From Spirochaetia bacterium (GTDB lineage Bacteria > Spirochaetota > Spirochaetia > DSM-27196 > Salinispiraceae): DNA of 64,000 nucleotides. The position numbers and the translations under genes were made by a program. The stretch covers positions 448,001 through 512,000 of the forward strand of contig JBBRCZ010000001.1 of NCBI GenBank assembly GCA_038204425.1. Reading direction: 5' to 3'. Below, piece by piece: positions 8,562-23,575 of this stretch (position 1 is the stretch's first letter; each line of letters opens with the position of its first letter). The notes beneath the pieces are model-generated. The model was not told the origin of the DNA and made no database searches. It saw only the letters and a program-made list of their open reading frames with translations.

Positions 8562-11241
8562 TGTCAGCTCCTTTATGCAAAAGATTTTGTATCGTTTCAA
8601 TTATTTGTTGCACTGTCTGTCGATCTTTTCGGCGTAAAGCCAACAAAAGCTTAAAAGAGTTTTCGCTCATCTCTTTGCTCAATCGCCCTTTGTAGTTTTC
8701 TCTATACTGCCTTGCAAGCTCTTGCGCAGTCTCCCATTCATCTAGACTGGCCATGTTGGCAATGCTTTTGAGTCTCTCTAGTTCGCTTTCTTCTTTGCGT
8801 CTGTGCACGCTGGAACGACCTTCCAAAAAACGTTCCCACACTCTATCTACTACAACTAATAGAGTTTGTGGTGAGAAAGGTTTTGAAAGAAATGCGTCCA
8901 TGCCGAGGATTTCGGCGTGCTGTTTTTCTTCTAAACTATCATGCGCTGTCAAAGCAATAATTGGCAACTTTCGGTTAGTTTCACCTAATTCACCAGACCT
9001 GATCATAGAAGCAATTTCGTGCCCGCTGGGACCTGGCATCACTATATCAACCAAAATTAAGTCAGGCGAACGTTTGCGTAAATAGTCGACTAAGTCAGTA
9101 CCATTTGGAAACGCCTCTACTTCGTGGCCAGCATCTGCTAAGACTCGAGAGGTCGCCGTTCTGTTGAGACTCTCGTCTTCAGCGTAGCAAATTTTTAAGT
9201 TATACGGTGACGAATAGTGTCCATAGGCTGCAGCTCGCTGTTGCAGGCTCTGCTCTAGTTCAAGTTCGTTTATGGCTCTAAGTAACTTACTTGCACGCAA
9301 GGGTTCATACATGATTTGGTAGGGAAACGGCGCGGAATGCCACATCCTTTCCTCTTCTCTTGAGAGCCGAAGAGTCAAGAAATGAGCCTGATGCATCAAC
9401 TTGGAGTACTCTACTTGGCGAAGCAGATCTATCAGTTCATGAACCTTTGCAAACGTACCTTGGAATATAAAAAATGATTTTTCATGATCAATAGTAAGAA
9501 TTGTTGCGCGAACTTCTTCTACACTTCGACATAATTCTACTCTATATTTTGTTGTGGACAGAATACCCGCCAAAGAATCCAGCCAACCCCAACTATCTCC
9601 AACAATTACTATGCTTCTGTTGTTTTGCGCCGAAGTCGAAAAATCTTTATTTTTTCTAAGCGCACCGCGCTTTAGCCAGAGTCTAGAAATAAAGGTGGAA
9701 CCACGTCCTTGTTCACTTAGAACATGGATACTTCCATTCATTGCTTCTACAAGTAAGCGCGTAATGGTAAGACCGATGCCTGTACCTGCTGTTCCATCTT
9801 GCCCCTTTACTTCAAGCTGAACAAAGGGTTGGAAGATTTCTGCCTGACGTTCTGCAGCTATACCTATTCCGGTATCATGAACTCCAATCTCCAACATTAC
9901 ATCTTGGAGACCCTCAGTATCATCCGTTGGGGCGCCTTTTGCCTTTGGCGGTGGCTCATGGCTTTCTACTTCTTTGCAAAACAAAATTATCTCACCTATA
10001 TGAGTGAATTTATACGCGTTGGATAGCAGGTTGAGCATAATCTGTTTTACCCGGGTTTCATCACCAATAAATAAACCGTCTAAGCCCGTATCTTCAACGA
10101 TATGAAAACCGAGATTTTTGGTGTGACATTGGATAGCAAATTGAGCAGCAACAGCATCAAGGCTCTCACTGAGAGGAAACGCTCGCTCGCGGATATTAAA
10201 GGTTCCACTGTCAAGCTTTACATAGTCCAACATAGTTGTAATCAGTTGATAGAGCGAGTTGGCCGAGACCTTGAGAATATGAAGGTATTCCTCTTGTTCT
10301 TTGTTGGTACTAATTTCCAGGGCGATGTCCGTCATACCCAAAATACTGTTAAGTGGGGTTCTCAATTCGTGGCTGATGTTTGCCAGAAATTCATTTTTGG
10401 CCAGTGATGCTTTTTGCGCTTCTTGACGTGCATCATCGAGTTTCTTTACAAATTCTAGCTCTTGCGTAATATCGCGGATGTAGACCAAACTGTAGGTTTG
10501 GCCTTGCTTATCACTCACTTTCTTGCTGACCAGAACCACGTTTATTTCTACGCCGTCCCAGCGAAGCAACTGACAAACCCGACCATCTCTCTCCACACTT
10601 TGAAGTTCCAATGGTGCACATTCAAAATCAAAGTCGGATCCTTCCTGACCAAGCACGTTATAGACTGAAACAAGAGGCTGGAACATCATTCTTGCTGCAG
10701 ATTTTCCAAATAGTTCAACTGCTACTTGATTGACAAACAGGACAAGTCCATCGTCATTGCTACACAGACTGGCGTGCGGGCTTTCCATAAACAGAGCTTG
10801 GTTTAAGAATAGACCATTAATTTGGTGGGTTTGAACATCTGAACTCGAGGTAAGAGCTCTGTTAAGCACAAACCGCAAATCTTGCGCACCAGTATTGTAG
10901 AAGAAAAAGAGGTCATCATAAACACTTGCGGCAGAAAGACTGGTAAACTTTTTCTCACTTTCTTCATCACAATACCAGATAATAAAGCGATCATTTATCT
11001 CAAAGTCACTCGGCATAGAGACTTGAATTCGATTGTAGCCATTTGGGCGAATGCGCGCATCGAGTATTAACCCATTGGCGTTGGGAAACAAAGAGAAAGG
11101 TTTTTCAATATCGAAACCAGAGGGTATTTCGTTAAAGGACACGGTCAAATTGAACTCAGCCAAAACTTCAACTACTGGTTGCATCAGTGGACGTGCGAGG
11201 TCAGTATTTCCTAATTGGTAAATCATACGTGGTGGTTTCAT
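8536..11241 (-). CDS. Cytoplasmic hybrid sensor histidine kinase (PAS-HisKA-HATPase-degenerate REC-REC)
   Basis: FLANISHELRTPLN H-box, NLLSNAYKFT, DTGIGI, GTGIGL; C-terminal receiver AEDE...LVDIVMP...ALTA...SKP. Confidence 0.9.
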   Translation of the reverse strand: MKPPRMIYQLGNTDLARPLMQPVVEVLAEFNLTVSFNEIPSGFDIEKPFSLFPNANGLILDARIRPNGYNRIQVSMPSDFEINDRFIIWYCDEESEKKFTSLSAASVYDDLFFFYNTGAQDLRFVLNRALTSSSDVQTHQINGLFLNQALFMESPHASLCSNDDGLVLFVNQVAVELFGKSAARMMFQPLVSVYNVLGQEGSDFDFECAPLELQSVERDGRVCQLLRWDGVEINVVLVSKKVSDKQGQTYSLVYIRDITQELEFVKKLDDARQEAQKASLAKNEFLANISHELRTPLNSILGMTDIALEISTNKEQEEYLHILKVSANSLYQLITTMLDYVKLDSGTFNIRERAFPLSESLDAVAAQFAIQCHTKNLGFHIVEDTGLDGLFIGDETRVKQIMLNLLSNAYKFTHIGEIILFCKEVESHEPPPKAKGAPTDDTEGLQDVMLEIGVHDTGIGIAAERQAEIFQPFVQLEVKGQDGTAGTGIGLTITRLLVEAMNGSIHVLSEQGRGSTFISRLWLKRGALRKNKDFSTSAQNNRSIVIVGDSWGWLDSLAGILSTTKYRVELCRSVEEVRATILTIDHEKSFFIFQGTFAKVHELIDLLRQVEYSKLMHQAHFLTLRLSREEERMWHSAPFPYQIMYEPLRASKLLRAINELELEQSLQQRAAAYGHYSSPYNLKICYAEDESLNRTATSRVLADAGHEVEAFPNGTDLVDYLRKRSPDLILVDIVMPGPSGHEIASMIRSGELGETNRKLPIIALTAHDSLEEKQHAEILGMDAFLSKPFSPQTLLVVVDRVWERFLEGRSSVHRRKEESELERLKSIANMASLDEWETAQELARQYRENYKGRLSKEMSENSFKLLLALRRKDRQTVQQIIETIQNLLHKGADNENSRSRG

Positions 11242-11254
11242 AGCTCGCTGCCTA

Positions 11255-14496
<3,242 letters not shown>

Positions 14497-14504
<8 letters not shown>

Positions 14505-14841
14505 AATATTTTACACCCCCTGCCAGTACAAATTGGTCGAAGGATAGCTCGATTTCCTTGGAACTCATTTTTTCATAAGGAATTATTCCTGACAAGGTTA
14601 GAGCTTTCCTGACAGAAAGGCTCACGTTTTCTGCAAGTTGAATTTTTTTTCCTAATTTTGCTGCGCTTTGCTTTGCAGACAGAACTAACTGGACAAAACT
14701 GAGGTCGACATCTGCTGCACACTCACAATTAAGGATTACATGATCAGCTTCGCCAAAAACACTAAGTATTCTGTTTTTTAGAATCTGGCAAGAACCGATG
14801 CCAACTGAACCCTCGACTGTTACAACCTTGAGTACATTCAC
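14497..14841 (-). CDS. STAS-domain protein
   Basis: VILNCECAADVDLSFVQLVLSA pattern of chemotaxis-associated STAS proteins; overlaps the cheA start. Confidence 0.75.
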
Positions 14842-14888
14842 CGCTATAGAGCCCCCCAGTTTTGAAGTCTACATATCAGTATAGTGCA

Positions 14889-16619
14889 TCAAAGAAAATT
14901 TGGGGTGTCTGAATAACTAGCCAATTGAAGACTATTCTCGGTAAAAGCAAAGGCTCTCCTTCTAACACTCAGTTGAATGAGCAAAACTTTTTCTTCACTA
15001 AAGTATTTCCAGTTTAGGACTCTAACGGTATCACCTTGGCTAAATCCCGACTCATCAGCAGTGCTTCCAGGGATTACTTCTTTTACTATAAGTTTGATGC
15101 CGGAGGTGTCTTGGCCTAGGTACTCGGCAGAAAAACCAAAAACCCCTGGTAAAAGAGACAAGCTAAACCCGGCATTTGCGGCCTTAGCAAACGGAGTTTG
15201 TTCTCGGCTTCCTAACAAGGTAAGAAAAGTCTTTTCACTTGTGCTCGAGCTTTCTAAAAGCTTCCCTGTTTCGTCGATTGAATAGACGGATTCAATCAGC
15301 ATACCGGGTTTGAACTTAAGCAAGGCATTTTGAGCCTGCACTATACTGCTAAGATTTAAGCCTCCAAGTGACTTAAGCCTGTAACCGGAACGAATGCCAA
15401 CATGCCAAGCGGGGCTATCTGGGACAACATAGTTAACGATTAATTGTGATCTAAACTCAGTTAAGTGCAAACCAAGCCATGGTTGATTTACCTTTCCAGA
15501 TTCTGAAAGCCGAGGAAGAAGAAGTCTCACATAGGTGGCTGGAACGGCAAAGTTTACACCTTCATAGCTTTCAATACCGGCGAAGACAAGGCCAACAAAG
15601 GCTCCAGTTTCTGAAAGCAAAGGACCACCAGAGTTGCCTGGGTTTATGGCGGCATCAATTTGGACAATCTCACCAAGGGGTATAAATCGTCGACTCATAT
15701 TGGAAACTATGCCTGAGGTAATAGTACTATCGAGTCCGCCGGGTGAACCAATTGCTAAGACCCTAGTGCCGGGCCGAATAGCTGGACTGGTATCCAAAGG
15801 GATAACCCAGGGAGCATCTACTTCAATCTTCAAAAGTGCAATGTCAAAATGTTGATCCCAAGAAATTACTGACGCTAATACTCTTTCATTCATGCTTCCA
15901 GAGAGTTTAACGTAAAGCCGCGAATAGCCTTCATAGCTTGGATCCACTTCAGATGCGATAACGTGATAGTTGGTCAAAAGATAGCCATTTCTTTCAATAA
16001 AAAAGGCAGAACCTAGGACGCGGTCAGGGAGTCCGACGCCTTGTTGAATTTTTATTCCTTTGTCGACCATCACCGTAACCGTGGCGTAGAGCGCAGCCTG
16101 TGCATCAAAATCTTTTTTAAGACCATCTACCCATTGTCGCGCGGCCCCAAGCTTTTTCAAAAGATCAGCTTCTAACAGAGGCTTTCCCCAAGATTCCCAC
16201 GAAATTAGGGCGACTTGTTCTAGGCCTTTGTCAAGCATACGCTTAATTTGTTTTGAACGTATAAACGTCAACGCATCGTCTTTGGATGCCTGGGCTTGTT
16301 GATCGCTTGGCAAACCGGCGATACGATCTATCAAACGACGATTTGAGATCACTATTTCACCAAGATCTGTGCCTGCAACTTGCTCTTCCATTAGGTTCTG
16401 GATCTTTACGGCCCGCTCAATGAGTTCTTCTTTTTCTATCTTTTTCCCAGACCAAGCCTTGGTCCATGCCATCCACGATTCTTGAACATTGGATCTTAGA
16501 ATTACGCGATCCAAGGCATCTAGATCGTCTATGCGATTGGGAAATGAATCCACTTGTACATGCAAGCAGGATACAAGCAGTAGACTTGTTATAAGTTCAA
16601 TTAGAATCAGCTTTTTCAC
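14889..16619 (-). CDS. HtrA/DegP-family (S1C) serine protease with PDZ domains, probable lipoprotein
   Basis: Catalytic triad TNYHV / FDIAL / INPGNSGGP; lipobox LLLVSC; two PDZ-like segments. Confidence 0.88.
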   Translation of the reverse strand: MKKLILIELITSLLLVSCLHVQVDSFPNRIDDLDALDRVILRSNVQESWMAWTKAWSGKKIEKEELIERAVKIQNLMEEQVAGTDLGEIVISNRRLIDRIAGLPSDQQAQASKDDALTFIRSKQIKRMLDKGLEQVALISWESWGKPLLEADLLKKLGAARQWVDGLKKDFDAQAALYATVTVMVDKGIKIQQGVGLPDRVLGSAFFIERNGYLLTNYHVIASEVDPSYEGYSRLYVKLSGSMNERVLASVISWDQHFDIALLKIEVDAPWVIPLDTSPAIRPGTRVLAIGSPGGLDSTITSGIVSNMSRRFIPLGEIVQIDAAINPGNSGGPLLSETGAFVGLVFAGIESYEGVNFAVPATYVRLLLPRLSESGKVNQPWLGLHLTEFRSQLIVNYVVPDSPAWHVGIRSGYRLKSLGGLNLSSIVQAQNALLKFKPGMLIESVYSIDETGKLLESSSTSEKTFLTLLGSREQTPFAKAANAGFSLSLLPGVFGFSAEYLGQDTSGIKLIVKEVIPGSTADESGFSQGDTVRVLNWKYFSEEKVLLIQLSVRRRAFAFTENSLQLASYSDTPNFL

Positions 16620-18460
16620 TGTTCAAATGATAGCATTTTTCTTGGCAAGAGGGAAGAAAATTGACGTAGCATAAGTCGATTTGCGTTTTGAAGTTCCGCA
16701 GTTTCGATTATCTTGTTCCTGTTAACGTCAAATTCTAGCAAAGCACTATTGGGTTTGTATTCATAGGCCAAATTGTCTCTTGCAGAAAAGAATACTCTTC
16801 TTTCCAAAGCACCGTTCTTGTACTGCTCTAAAACTGGAAACGAGCCATCATCGCGGGGGTCAGAAACTACGAGCGCTTTTGTTCCACTGTCAAACCAAGT
16901 CATACTGTCAAAAATGCCATCTCCATTGCTGTCCTCTCGTTGAACTATGGCTTGTTCTAAGGCCTGATAACGAGTTTGGATCAGTCTAAATCGTTGTTTG
17001 TTTTCAAAAAAAACAAAGTTATTGGATAAGTAGCTGTGTTGTTTGAGCAGTTCGTATATAGGCAGTTCTACTTTGGCGCTGCGAGTAAACATACTTGGCA
17101 AATCCTCTAGGCTAGGCACGACGCCAGACACTAGTTCCACAACTCTCATTTCGGCCCCGCCATACAAGAAAAAGCAGTCTTCTTGTCCGTCATTGGTGGC
17201 CAAACTTAAACTAGCGAGTTCGGGGTAGTTGTGATAACGAAGCAAGTAGGACTTTCCTTGTACTTCTCCACCTATCGAAACAGGCCGCCCGTCGACAAAG
17301 CTAACTCGGCTATCTACCGTAGCGTTTTGATTTGAATCCCTAGTCCAAAAAACCGGAAGTCCATTCTCAAAGTAGAGTTCTTCCTCAAAATAGCCATCAA
17401 ACTCTCTATCGCGAAAGAACATTCTTTTGCCTCTAGTGAGTCCAGCTTGCAATTGGTCTCGTTCTAGGCCAACTGGCAGTACTGATAGTACCCGTTCGAG
17501 GACATCAAGATTAACGCTCACTCCGGGTGCCATAAAAAAGCTCAAGTACTCTCTTCGCAATTCCAGATCTTCACCGATCGATTCTAGGGCAGCTAGAACT
17601 ATCCAGTCGTCGGGCCCATAGTTTTTTAAGAACTGACTTGTTAATAAAAGACGCTCTTGGCTTGGCTGCATCGATTGGATCAACCAAAAAAGTGCTTCTT
17701 TGTTTTTTGGGTCTTTGATATTGGTAAATCGATTAAACCAAGCACTCGCGGCCAAATGACTCGGTGGCGCAAATCGCAGCTTGAGTGCCATGATAGAAAG
17801 ATCATCAGGATAGCGGGACAATCCAATATTGAGCAGGCGGTTAGCTTCTACTTTTTTGTCTAAAAAAAAGTAGGTCTTAATAGCTTGTGCCAATAGTGCA
17901 CTAAAATTGACCAACTGATGCTTAACAAGTGGACCTTCCATCCACTCTGTTAGGATGCCAAGGTCTCCTCGCCTCATAACTTGTTGGGCCCAGTTAACGG
18001 CCGCGTCTGACCAATGGGCCTTAAGCCATTGTGCTTGCGGCTCTAAAGCTTTCTTGTAGTATTCTAGTGCCTGATCATGTTTGCTTAATCGTTCGGAAAG
18101 CCATGCGCAAGCGTAGTTTAAGTCCCCGATCTGAGGAGCAAGATCCAGCCCACGCAAGATAACTTCCAAGGCTCTTTGATACTTGGACTGGTCGCCTGCC
18201 TGTGTTTTAAGAATCTGGGCCGCGGTATCTAAATAAAGAACTGCAAAACTTTCTTCGCCGCTTAAAACTCTTTGAGGAAGGCTGGCATCCAATGCAATAA
18301 AGGGCAGTTCCAAATCACTTGCAGCGTGAAGCATAATACAAGGTGTAAAAACAAAAGAGAATAAAAAAAAGACCTGCACCCATGAGGGTGCAGATCTCTT
18401 TGATTCTGCCTTACGAGTTGAGAGATTAGCTAGTTTCTTGACTGTCTCCAGTATCTTCAA
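16616..18460 (-). CDS. Exported TPR-containing protein with DxDxDG-like motifs
   Basis: Hydrophobic N-region, TPR-like helix '[12 protein letters not shown]', motifs DREFDG/DSNQNA/DSNGDG/DPRDDG; TTG 18460 has an AAGGA RBS (start uncertain). Confidence 0.55.
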   Translation of the reverse strand: MKILETVKKLANLSTRKAESKRSAPSWVQVFFLFSFVFTPCIMLHAASDLELPFIALDASLPQRVLSGEESFAVLYLDTAAQILKTQAGDQSKYQRALEVILRGLDLAPQIGDLNYACAWLSERLSKHDQALEYYKKALEPQAQWLKAHWSDAAVNWAQQVMRRGDLGILTEWMEGPLVKHQLVNFSALLAQAIKTYFFLDKKVEANRLLNIGLSRYPDDLSIMALKLRFAPPSHLAASAWFNRFTNIKDPKNKEALFWLIQSMQPSQERLLLTSQFLKNYGPDDWIVLAALESIGEDLELRREYLSFFMAPGVSVNLDVLERVLSVLPVGLERDQLQAGLTRGKRMFFRDREFDGYFEEELYFENGLPVFWTRDSNQNATVDSRVSFVDGRPVSIGGEVQGKSYLLRYHNYPELASLSLATNDGQEDCFFLYGGAEMRVVELVSGVVPSLEDLPSMFTRSAKVELPIYELLKQHSYLSNNFVFFENKQRFRLIQTRYQALEQAIVQREDSNGDGIFDSMTWFDSGTKALVVSDPRDDGSFPVLEQYKNGALERRVFFSARDNLAYEYKPNSALLEFDVNRNKIIETAELQNANRLMLRQFSSLLPRKMLSFEQ

Positions 18461-20351
18461 GATCAGATCCTTTTTTGACTGCTGGTCCAAAGCCTAAGAG
18501 CGTTCGTACCTCTGCATCATTCAAGGTTTCTCGAACTATGAGCTCTTTGGCCAAAGCCTCTAGCTGGTCACGATGTTCAGTAAGAATTTTCCGAGTATCA
18601 GCCAGACACTTATCAAGTATTGCCTTAATCTCGTGGTCTATCTGCTGAGCAGTCTGCTCGGAATAGTCCTTGTGTCGAGCAATTTCCTTACCCAGGAAAA
18701 TGGGGGCTTCTTCTTGTCCCAAGGAAATTGGACCAAGTTTAGACATTCCCCACTCGCAAACCATTCTTCGTGCCATTTCTGTGGCACTCTTAATGTCCTG
18801 TCCTGTTCCGGTACTTGTCTCTCCATATATTAGTTCTTCGGCAACATAGCCACCAAAACTTATGATAATACGATCTTTAAACCAACCTTCGGTGTGACTA
18901 TAGGTATCTTTCTCTGGCAAAGAAAAAGCGACGCCCAAGGCCCTGCCTCTCGGTACAATTGAAACTTTATGGAGAGGATCCGCATCTTTCAAATAGTAGT
19001 GCAAAAGTGCGTGTCCAGATTCATGGTAGGCCGTTGCCAACTTTTCTTCTTTGGTGAAGATTTTTGACTTGCGAGCCATACCCATTAAGAGTTTGTCTCG
19101 TGCTTCTTCAAAATCTTCCATCTCAACACTGTCGCGATTCTTACGAGCAGCAAACAGAGCGGCCTCGTTGACCAAATTTGCAAGATCGGCACCTGAAGCC
19201 CCTGGTGTGGCCCGGGCCAGTACTGCAATTTTTACAGAAGGTGCAAGAGGAACTTTAGCTGCATGAATCTTTAGAATAGCTTCTCGTTCTCCACTGTCTG
19301 GCATATCTACTACTACTTGCCTATCGAATCGTCCGGGTCTCAAGAGCGCTGGGTCCAAAACGTCTGCCCTGTTAGTCGCGGCAATAATAATGACGCCCTC
19401 TTTGCCTTCAAACCCGTCCATTTCTACGAGTAGCTGATTGAGTGTTTGTTCTCGTTCATCATGTCCACCGCCATAACCGGCACCTCGTGTGCGTCCAACA
19501 GCATCAATCTCATCTATAAAGAGAATACAAGGAGCGCTTTTTCTGCCTTGGTCAAAGAGATCGCGAACTCGACTGGCACCGACACCAACAAACATTTCCA
19601 CAAAGTCAGATCCAGACATATGAAAGAATGGAACACCGGCTTCGCCGGCAACGGCTTTGGCAAGGAGCGTTTTACCTGTTCCTGGCAAGCCAACTAAAAG
19701 CACACCCTTTGGTATCTTTGCACCAATTTTGGTAAAACGACCTGGGTTTTTTAGAAACTCAACAACTTCCTCGAGTTCATATTTGGCTTCACGTTGACCC
19801 GCGACATCAGCAAACATGATTTTTTTCTGGCTATCAGTGTAACGCTTTGCTTTGCTCTTGCCAAAGCTAAAAGCCTTGTTGCCACCGCCGCCTTGAGCTT
19901 GTCTAAACATAAACCAAAGAAATATAAAAATGACCAAGAGTGGCAGATGTGGTAGCAGATCTATCAGACCAAAAGGCCTCTGCCCACCCTCAAAAACAAC
20001 CCCTTTTTCTATAAGCCGATCTATGAGTTTGACATCCAAGTACGGAATAGCCGTGCTAAAGCGCGCCGACTCGCCTGTTTTGTTTTTAAACGTACCGGTA
20101 ACAACTGTGCTATCTATAATTTTTGCATCGAGCACATTTCCTAAATCAAGCTCAACCGCAAAAAGTGAATAAGGCACGACCTGGGAATCACTTGTGTTGT
20201 TAAAATTGAAAAAGAAAACAAACATTATCAGTAGAGAGAGCGACAGAAATATTGCAAAGCGATTATTTCTGAAATTGAAGCCTGGCTGTTTGGGGCCACC
20301 TTGGTTGCCTGGATTTTCGCCAGGTTCTTTCTGGTTATTGAAGTTACTCAC
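18426..20351 (-). CDS. ftsH: ATP-dependent zinc metalloprotease FtsH
   Basis: Two TMs, GLPGTGKT Walker [22 protein letters not shown] zinc motif. Confidence 0.98.
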   Translation of the reverse strand: MSNFNNQKEPGENPGNQGGPKQPGFNFRNNRFAIFLSLSLLIMFVFFFNFNNTSDSQVVPYSLFAVELDLGNVLDAKIIDSTVVTGTFKNKTGESARFSTAIPYLDVKLIDRLIEKGVVFEGGQRPFGLIDLLPHLPLLVIFIFLWFMFRQAQGGGGNKAFSFGKSKAKRYTDSQKKIMFADVAGQREAKYELEEVVEFLKNPGRFTKIGAKIPKGVLLVGLPGTGKTLLAKAVAGEAGVPFFHMSGSDFVEMFVGVGASRVRDLFDQGRKSAPCILFIDEIDAVGRTRGAGYGGGHDEREQTLNQLLVEMDGFEGKEGVIIIAATNRADVLDPALLRPGRFDRQVVVDMPDSGEREAILKIHAAKVPLAPSVKIAVLARATPGASGADLANLVNEAALFAARKNRDSVEMEDFEEARDKLLMGMARKSKIFTKEEKLATAYHESGHALLHYYLKDADPLHKVSIVPRGRALGVAFSLPEKDTYSHTEGWFKDRIIISFGGYVAEELIYGETSTGTGQDIKSATEMARRMVCEWGMSKLGPISLGQEEAPIFLGKEIARHKDYSEQTAQQIDHEIKAILDKCLADTRKILTEHRDQLEALAKELIVRETLNDAEVRTLLGFGPAVKKGSDLEDTGDSQETS

Positions 20352-21781
20352 GACGTAGAATCAAACTCCTTGCTTTCCATTACATATGACAAAGATAAAT
20401 CTTCGCCATTTATCGACAATACGCTTACTCTATCATTCCAAGGTTTGATCCATAGCGCCAAAACACAACCTTGGGACTCAAAAACCGGAACCATTCCGAT
20501 GGCATGGGCGGGCACCCCGGCCGCAGTTAGTTTCTTTTCTAGAATTGCCTTACTCGGCGATTCTTTACTAGGAGCTGACGAAAGACTTGAGAAAGACCTG
20601 AATACCAATGGCGGTTCAGGCAACCAAGCGCTCTCGCCATCGTTAGCAGGCCTCACTATTACTTGCCCTATCAATGGCAAATCAAGCGCACCTGCTCTTG
20701 TCACTTGCACAAGATACCCATTTTGCACGGCTGCGACAATACAACGACGCAAATACATGCGATCTTGAACAAAATATCGTTCAAAGCGATGGTTTTTATC
20801 CCTAGTCGTTAATTCTTTACATTCAAAATAGCCAGGGAGGACTGGGTCGTTATGTGCAAAAAGCAATTTCCTCAGTCCTTTTTGGATGAGTCGCCAGCGC
20901 AAAGCAATGGGAAGAAGGTTCCAAGTTAAATCAGTTATGTTGTCCAGAAACTCGATAGGCCCCTGATCAACTAGAGGCTGCCCACTTGAATTACTACTTT
21001 GCCAATTGAACTGACTGGCATAATGATCAAAGAATTGATCGTCTTCTTTCTTCTTGCTTCTAAGTACAGATAGACTAGTAGTCATACCTGGAAAAATACT
21101 GTTGATTACTGGTATCAGATCCAACCTAACTTTGTTGCGCAAAAAAAAGTGCTCTTGATTGCTTGAATCATCATGCCAAACAAGGTTCCAATTTGTCGCC
21201 AACTGGCGCAGTTCTTCTTTTCTATACTGCAAAAACGGTCTCAAGAATAAGTCTCTTTGGACCGGTATCTGCCATCCGTCACCCTGTCCTTTAAAAAAGC
21301 GCATTAGCTGTTCTTCTTCTTGATCGTCAAGGTGATGAGCCATGAGAATGAGGTCTAGACTGAGCAGCTTCTGCCACCACAAAAAGGTGGCGTAGCGTTC
21401 TCGACGCGCAACAGCCTCAAGGCTTGCTTCTTCAAAATCACTGTGAACCTTTAGTTTGTCTGCTTCAATTTTATGTGCGTATAAAGACACGCTATGTTTC
21501 ACGCAGTATGAACTCAAGAGATCAAACTCATGTTTTAGTTCGCCCTCAGTTCGTAGGCCGTGATCAAGATGGAGAACACAAATATTTGTGGTATTGGTGA
21601 GCTTGAATTTTTCTCGCAGTGTGAAACAAGCATGCAAAAGTACCATAGAGTCCAAACCACCAGAACAAGCTACACCAAGATTTATACCGATAGGGTTCGC
21701 TTTTGCTAATCCTTCAATGCTTGTTTTAAGAGAAGCTAATAAGCTCGCTTCTAAGCTAATGAGCTTATTTTTTGATGGCAT
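20348..21781 (-). CDS. tilS: tRNA(Ile)-lysidine synthetase
   Basis: [12 protein letters not shown]-loop, [26 protein letters not shown]. Confidence 0.92.
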   Translation of the reverse strand: MPSKNKLISLEASLLASLKTSIEGLAKANPIGINLGVACSGGLDSMVLLHACFTLREKFKLTNTTNICVLHLDHGLRTEGELKHEFDLLSSYCVKHSVSLYAHKIEADKLKVHSDFEEASLEAVARRERYATFLWWQKLLSLDLILMAHHLDDQEEEQLMRFFKGQGDGWQIPVQRDLFLRPFLQYRKEELRQLATNWNLVWHDDSSNQEHFFLRNKVRLDLIPVINSIFPGMTTSLSVLRSKKKEDDQFFDHYASQFNWQSSNSSGQPLVDQGPIEFLDNITDLTWNLLPIALRWRLIQKGLRKLLFAHNDPVLPGYFECKELTTRDKNHRFERYFVQDRMYLRRCIVAAVQNGYLVQVTRAGALDLPLIGQVIVRPANDGESAWLPEPPLVFRSFSSLSSAPSKESPSKAILEKKLTAAGVPAHAIGMVPVFESQGCVLALWIKPWNDRVSVLSINGEDLSLSYVMESKEFDSTS

Positions 21782-22334
21782 TTATTCTAGGCACCAAGGC
21801 TTCCAGACCGACTTCTGGATACCGCGATAGCTCTTGTGAAACCAGGTTTACGCAGCTGTCTAAGACTAACCGCTCCTGTGCTTGGGGCACGCCAAGAACA
21901 TAATCTACAAAGCCTCCCTTTACTTCGGGTTTACCTATTCCGATATATAGTGGGCAATAGAGCTCGCCAATGCGCTCAAGAACTGACTTAAAGCCATTCT
22001 GACCTGCAGTGCCCGCCTTGAGTTTGAGTTTGGCTCTACCAGGCTCTAAATCCATATTATCTGCTATTACGATCAACTGTGATTGCATTTGAGGGATTAG
22101 GTCAGGTTGGGACAGAAAGACATCGCCTGAGTTATTCATAAATGTTAAGGGTTTAATTAGAATAAGGAACTGGTTTTGTGCAATCAAAAAAGGCTTTAGA
22201 AACGGCTGTTTAAAGCGCAAGTCCAAGATACCAGCCAATGCGTCGAGCACCCAATACCCAACATTGTGTCGGGTATTGGCATATTTGCTTCCTGGGTTTC
22301 CCAAGCCCATAATTACGGGCCGAGGTTTATCCAT
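21765..22334 (-). CDS. pth: Peptidyl-tRNA hydrolase
   Basis: GLGNPGSKYANTRHNVG, KPLTFMNNSG. Confidence 0.93.
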   Translation of the reverse strand: MDKPRPVIMGLGNPGSKYANTRHNVGYWVLDALAGILDLRFKQPFLKPFLIAQNQFLILIKPLTFMNNSGDVFLSQPDLIPQMQSQLIVIADNMDLEPGRAKLKLKAGTAGQNGFKSVLERIGELYCPLYIGIGKPEVKGGFVDYVLGVPQAQERLVLDSCVNLVSQELSRYPEVGLEALVPRINAIKK

Positions 22335-22337
22335 AGT

Positions 22338-22943
22338 TTATTTGCTTGTTGCCTCTGGCGCTGGAGTAGCTGGAGTCACAAGAGCAGCGACTACTTCAAC
22401 TTTTGCATGGACAATCAACACAATAACCTGTTCTGGCTTATTGAAAATTTTGACGCCTTTGATTGGCTTGATATCTCTTACGTGGATTGCGTGTCCAAGA
22501 ACCAAGTTGCTGATGTCAACTTCGACTATTTCTGGCATGTTCTCTGCCTGACATTCAATTTCCAATTCATGGATGCTATGCTCAAGAATTCCGCCTTCGC
22601 GCAGGCCAGGAGCAACTCCTGTTATCTTGATAGGCACGTGAGTTTTAATCGCCTTGCCTTTTTCGATTTCGAAAAAGTCCAAATGAGTAATAGTTCCCTT
22701 GATATAGTTGCGTTGATAATCCTTAATCAAAACACTGCGAGAATTACTTCCCACACTCAACTTGATTATTTCGTTTTCACTAATCTTTTTAAAACTGTTG
22801 TTAAAATTACGTTCGTTGACCGCAATATTAATCGGCTGGCCATGCCCATAGACAATCGCAGGTATCATACCAGTCTTTCGCAGACGGTTGGTTGCGCCTT
22901 TACCGAGTTGTTCGCGGACTTCTGCTTTAAGTTCCTTGGTCAT
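22338..22943 (-). CDS. rplY: 50S ribosomal protein L25/Ctc
   Basis: GKGATNRLRKTGMIPAIVYG, ITHLDF, Ctc-type C-terminal domain; ATG 22943 with GGAGG RBS. Confidence 0.95.
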   Translation of the reverse strand: MTKELKAEVREQLGKGATNRLRKTGMIPAIVYGHGQPINIAVNERNFNNSFKKISENEIIKLSVGSNSRSVLIKDYQRNYIKGTITHLDFFEIEKGKAIKTHVPIKITGVAPGLREGGILEHSIHELEIECQAENMPEIVEVDISNLVLGHAIHVRDIKPIKGVKIFNKPEQVIVLIVHAKVEVVAALVTPATPAPEATSK

Positions 22944-23019
22944 TCTGGATTCCTCCGATGGATTTAAAGGTTGCGGCACGAAATCCGTCAAACCTATTCG
23001 ACATATAGCTTGCAAAAAA

Positions 23020-23091
23020 TTGGGACGGCAGGAATCGAACCTGCGAATGCCGGAATCAAAATCCGGAGCCTTACCGCTTGGCGACGTCCCA
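23020..23091 (-). tRNA. tRNA-Gln(TTG)
   Basis: TGGGACG/CGTCCCA acceptor, anticodon arm CCGGA-TT-TTG-AT-TCCGG, T-loop GGTTCGATTCC. Confidence 0.95.
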
Positions 23092-23107
23092 ATAGCTGCG
23101 AGAGCGA

Positions 23108-23136
23108 ACTATATCCAAATGAAAGGAAAAAGTCAA
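23108..23136 (-). promoter_or_regulatory. sigma70 promoter for tRNA-Gln/rplY
   Basis: TTGACT-17 bp-TATAGT on the minus strand. Confidence 0.7.
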
Positions 23137-23201
23137 ACAAGGAAGCAATAATAATCTTGCAAACAAAACAAAACACCCAGCACTTAGAGCGGCCTTGGCT
23201 T

Positions 23202-23495
23202 CTATTCCTCTATTTCATCATGCGGCATGGTTTCAGAATCATGCGGAAGTTCAGCATATTGCCTCAGGATGCTGTCCTGAAGTTCATTTCTAAAGTCGGA
23301 ATTGATAGGATGCGCTATGTCCTTGTACTCTCCCGTCTTGGTTCTACGACTGGGCATGGCTATAAAAACACCACTTTTGCCCTCGATTACTTTGACGTTG
23401 TGGATAACGAAACTTTCGTCAAAAGTTACCGTTACATATGCCTTTAGCTTGCCTTCTGCTGCAACCCTTCGGATGCGGATGTCAGTAATTTGCAT
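23202..23495 (-). CDS. spoVG: SpoVG nucleic-acid-binding regulator
   Basis: MQITDIRIR...[11 protein letters not shown]...FIAMPSR...YKDIAHPIN. Confidence 0.96.
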   Translation of the reverse strand: MQITDIRIRRVAAEGKLKAYVTVTFDESFVIHNVKVIEGKSGVFIAMPSRRTKTGEYKDIAHPINSDFRNELQDSILRQYAELPHDSETMPHDEIEE

Positions 23496-23539
23496 ACCAA
23501 ACTCCTTGCTGCATTAACTATCGTATGCTGCCAACGATA

Positions 23540-23568
23540 ATTATTGGACAAGGTTGCCAAACTGTCAA
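23540..23568 (-). promoter_or_regulatory. Putative sigma70 promoter of spoVG
   Basis: TTGACA-17 bp-AATAAT on the minus strand. Confidence 0.5.
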
Positions 23569-23575
23569 ATCATTC

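Noticed and set aside
22266..22967. 233-aa + strand ORF and many other short ORFs in the track (e.g. 50505-51128, 31419-31925, 22971-23447)
   Set aside because: They lie antisense to or overlap well-supported genes or a tRNA and have no recognisable motifs; treated as shadow ORFs
23020..23091. tRNAs lack encoded CCA; tRNA-Gln has an A discriminator; no prs between spoVG and rplY
   Set aside because: Within normal variation and says nothing without the rest of the genome
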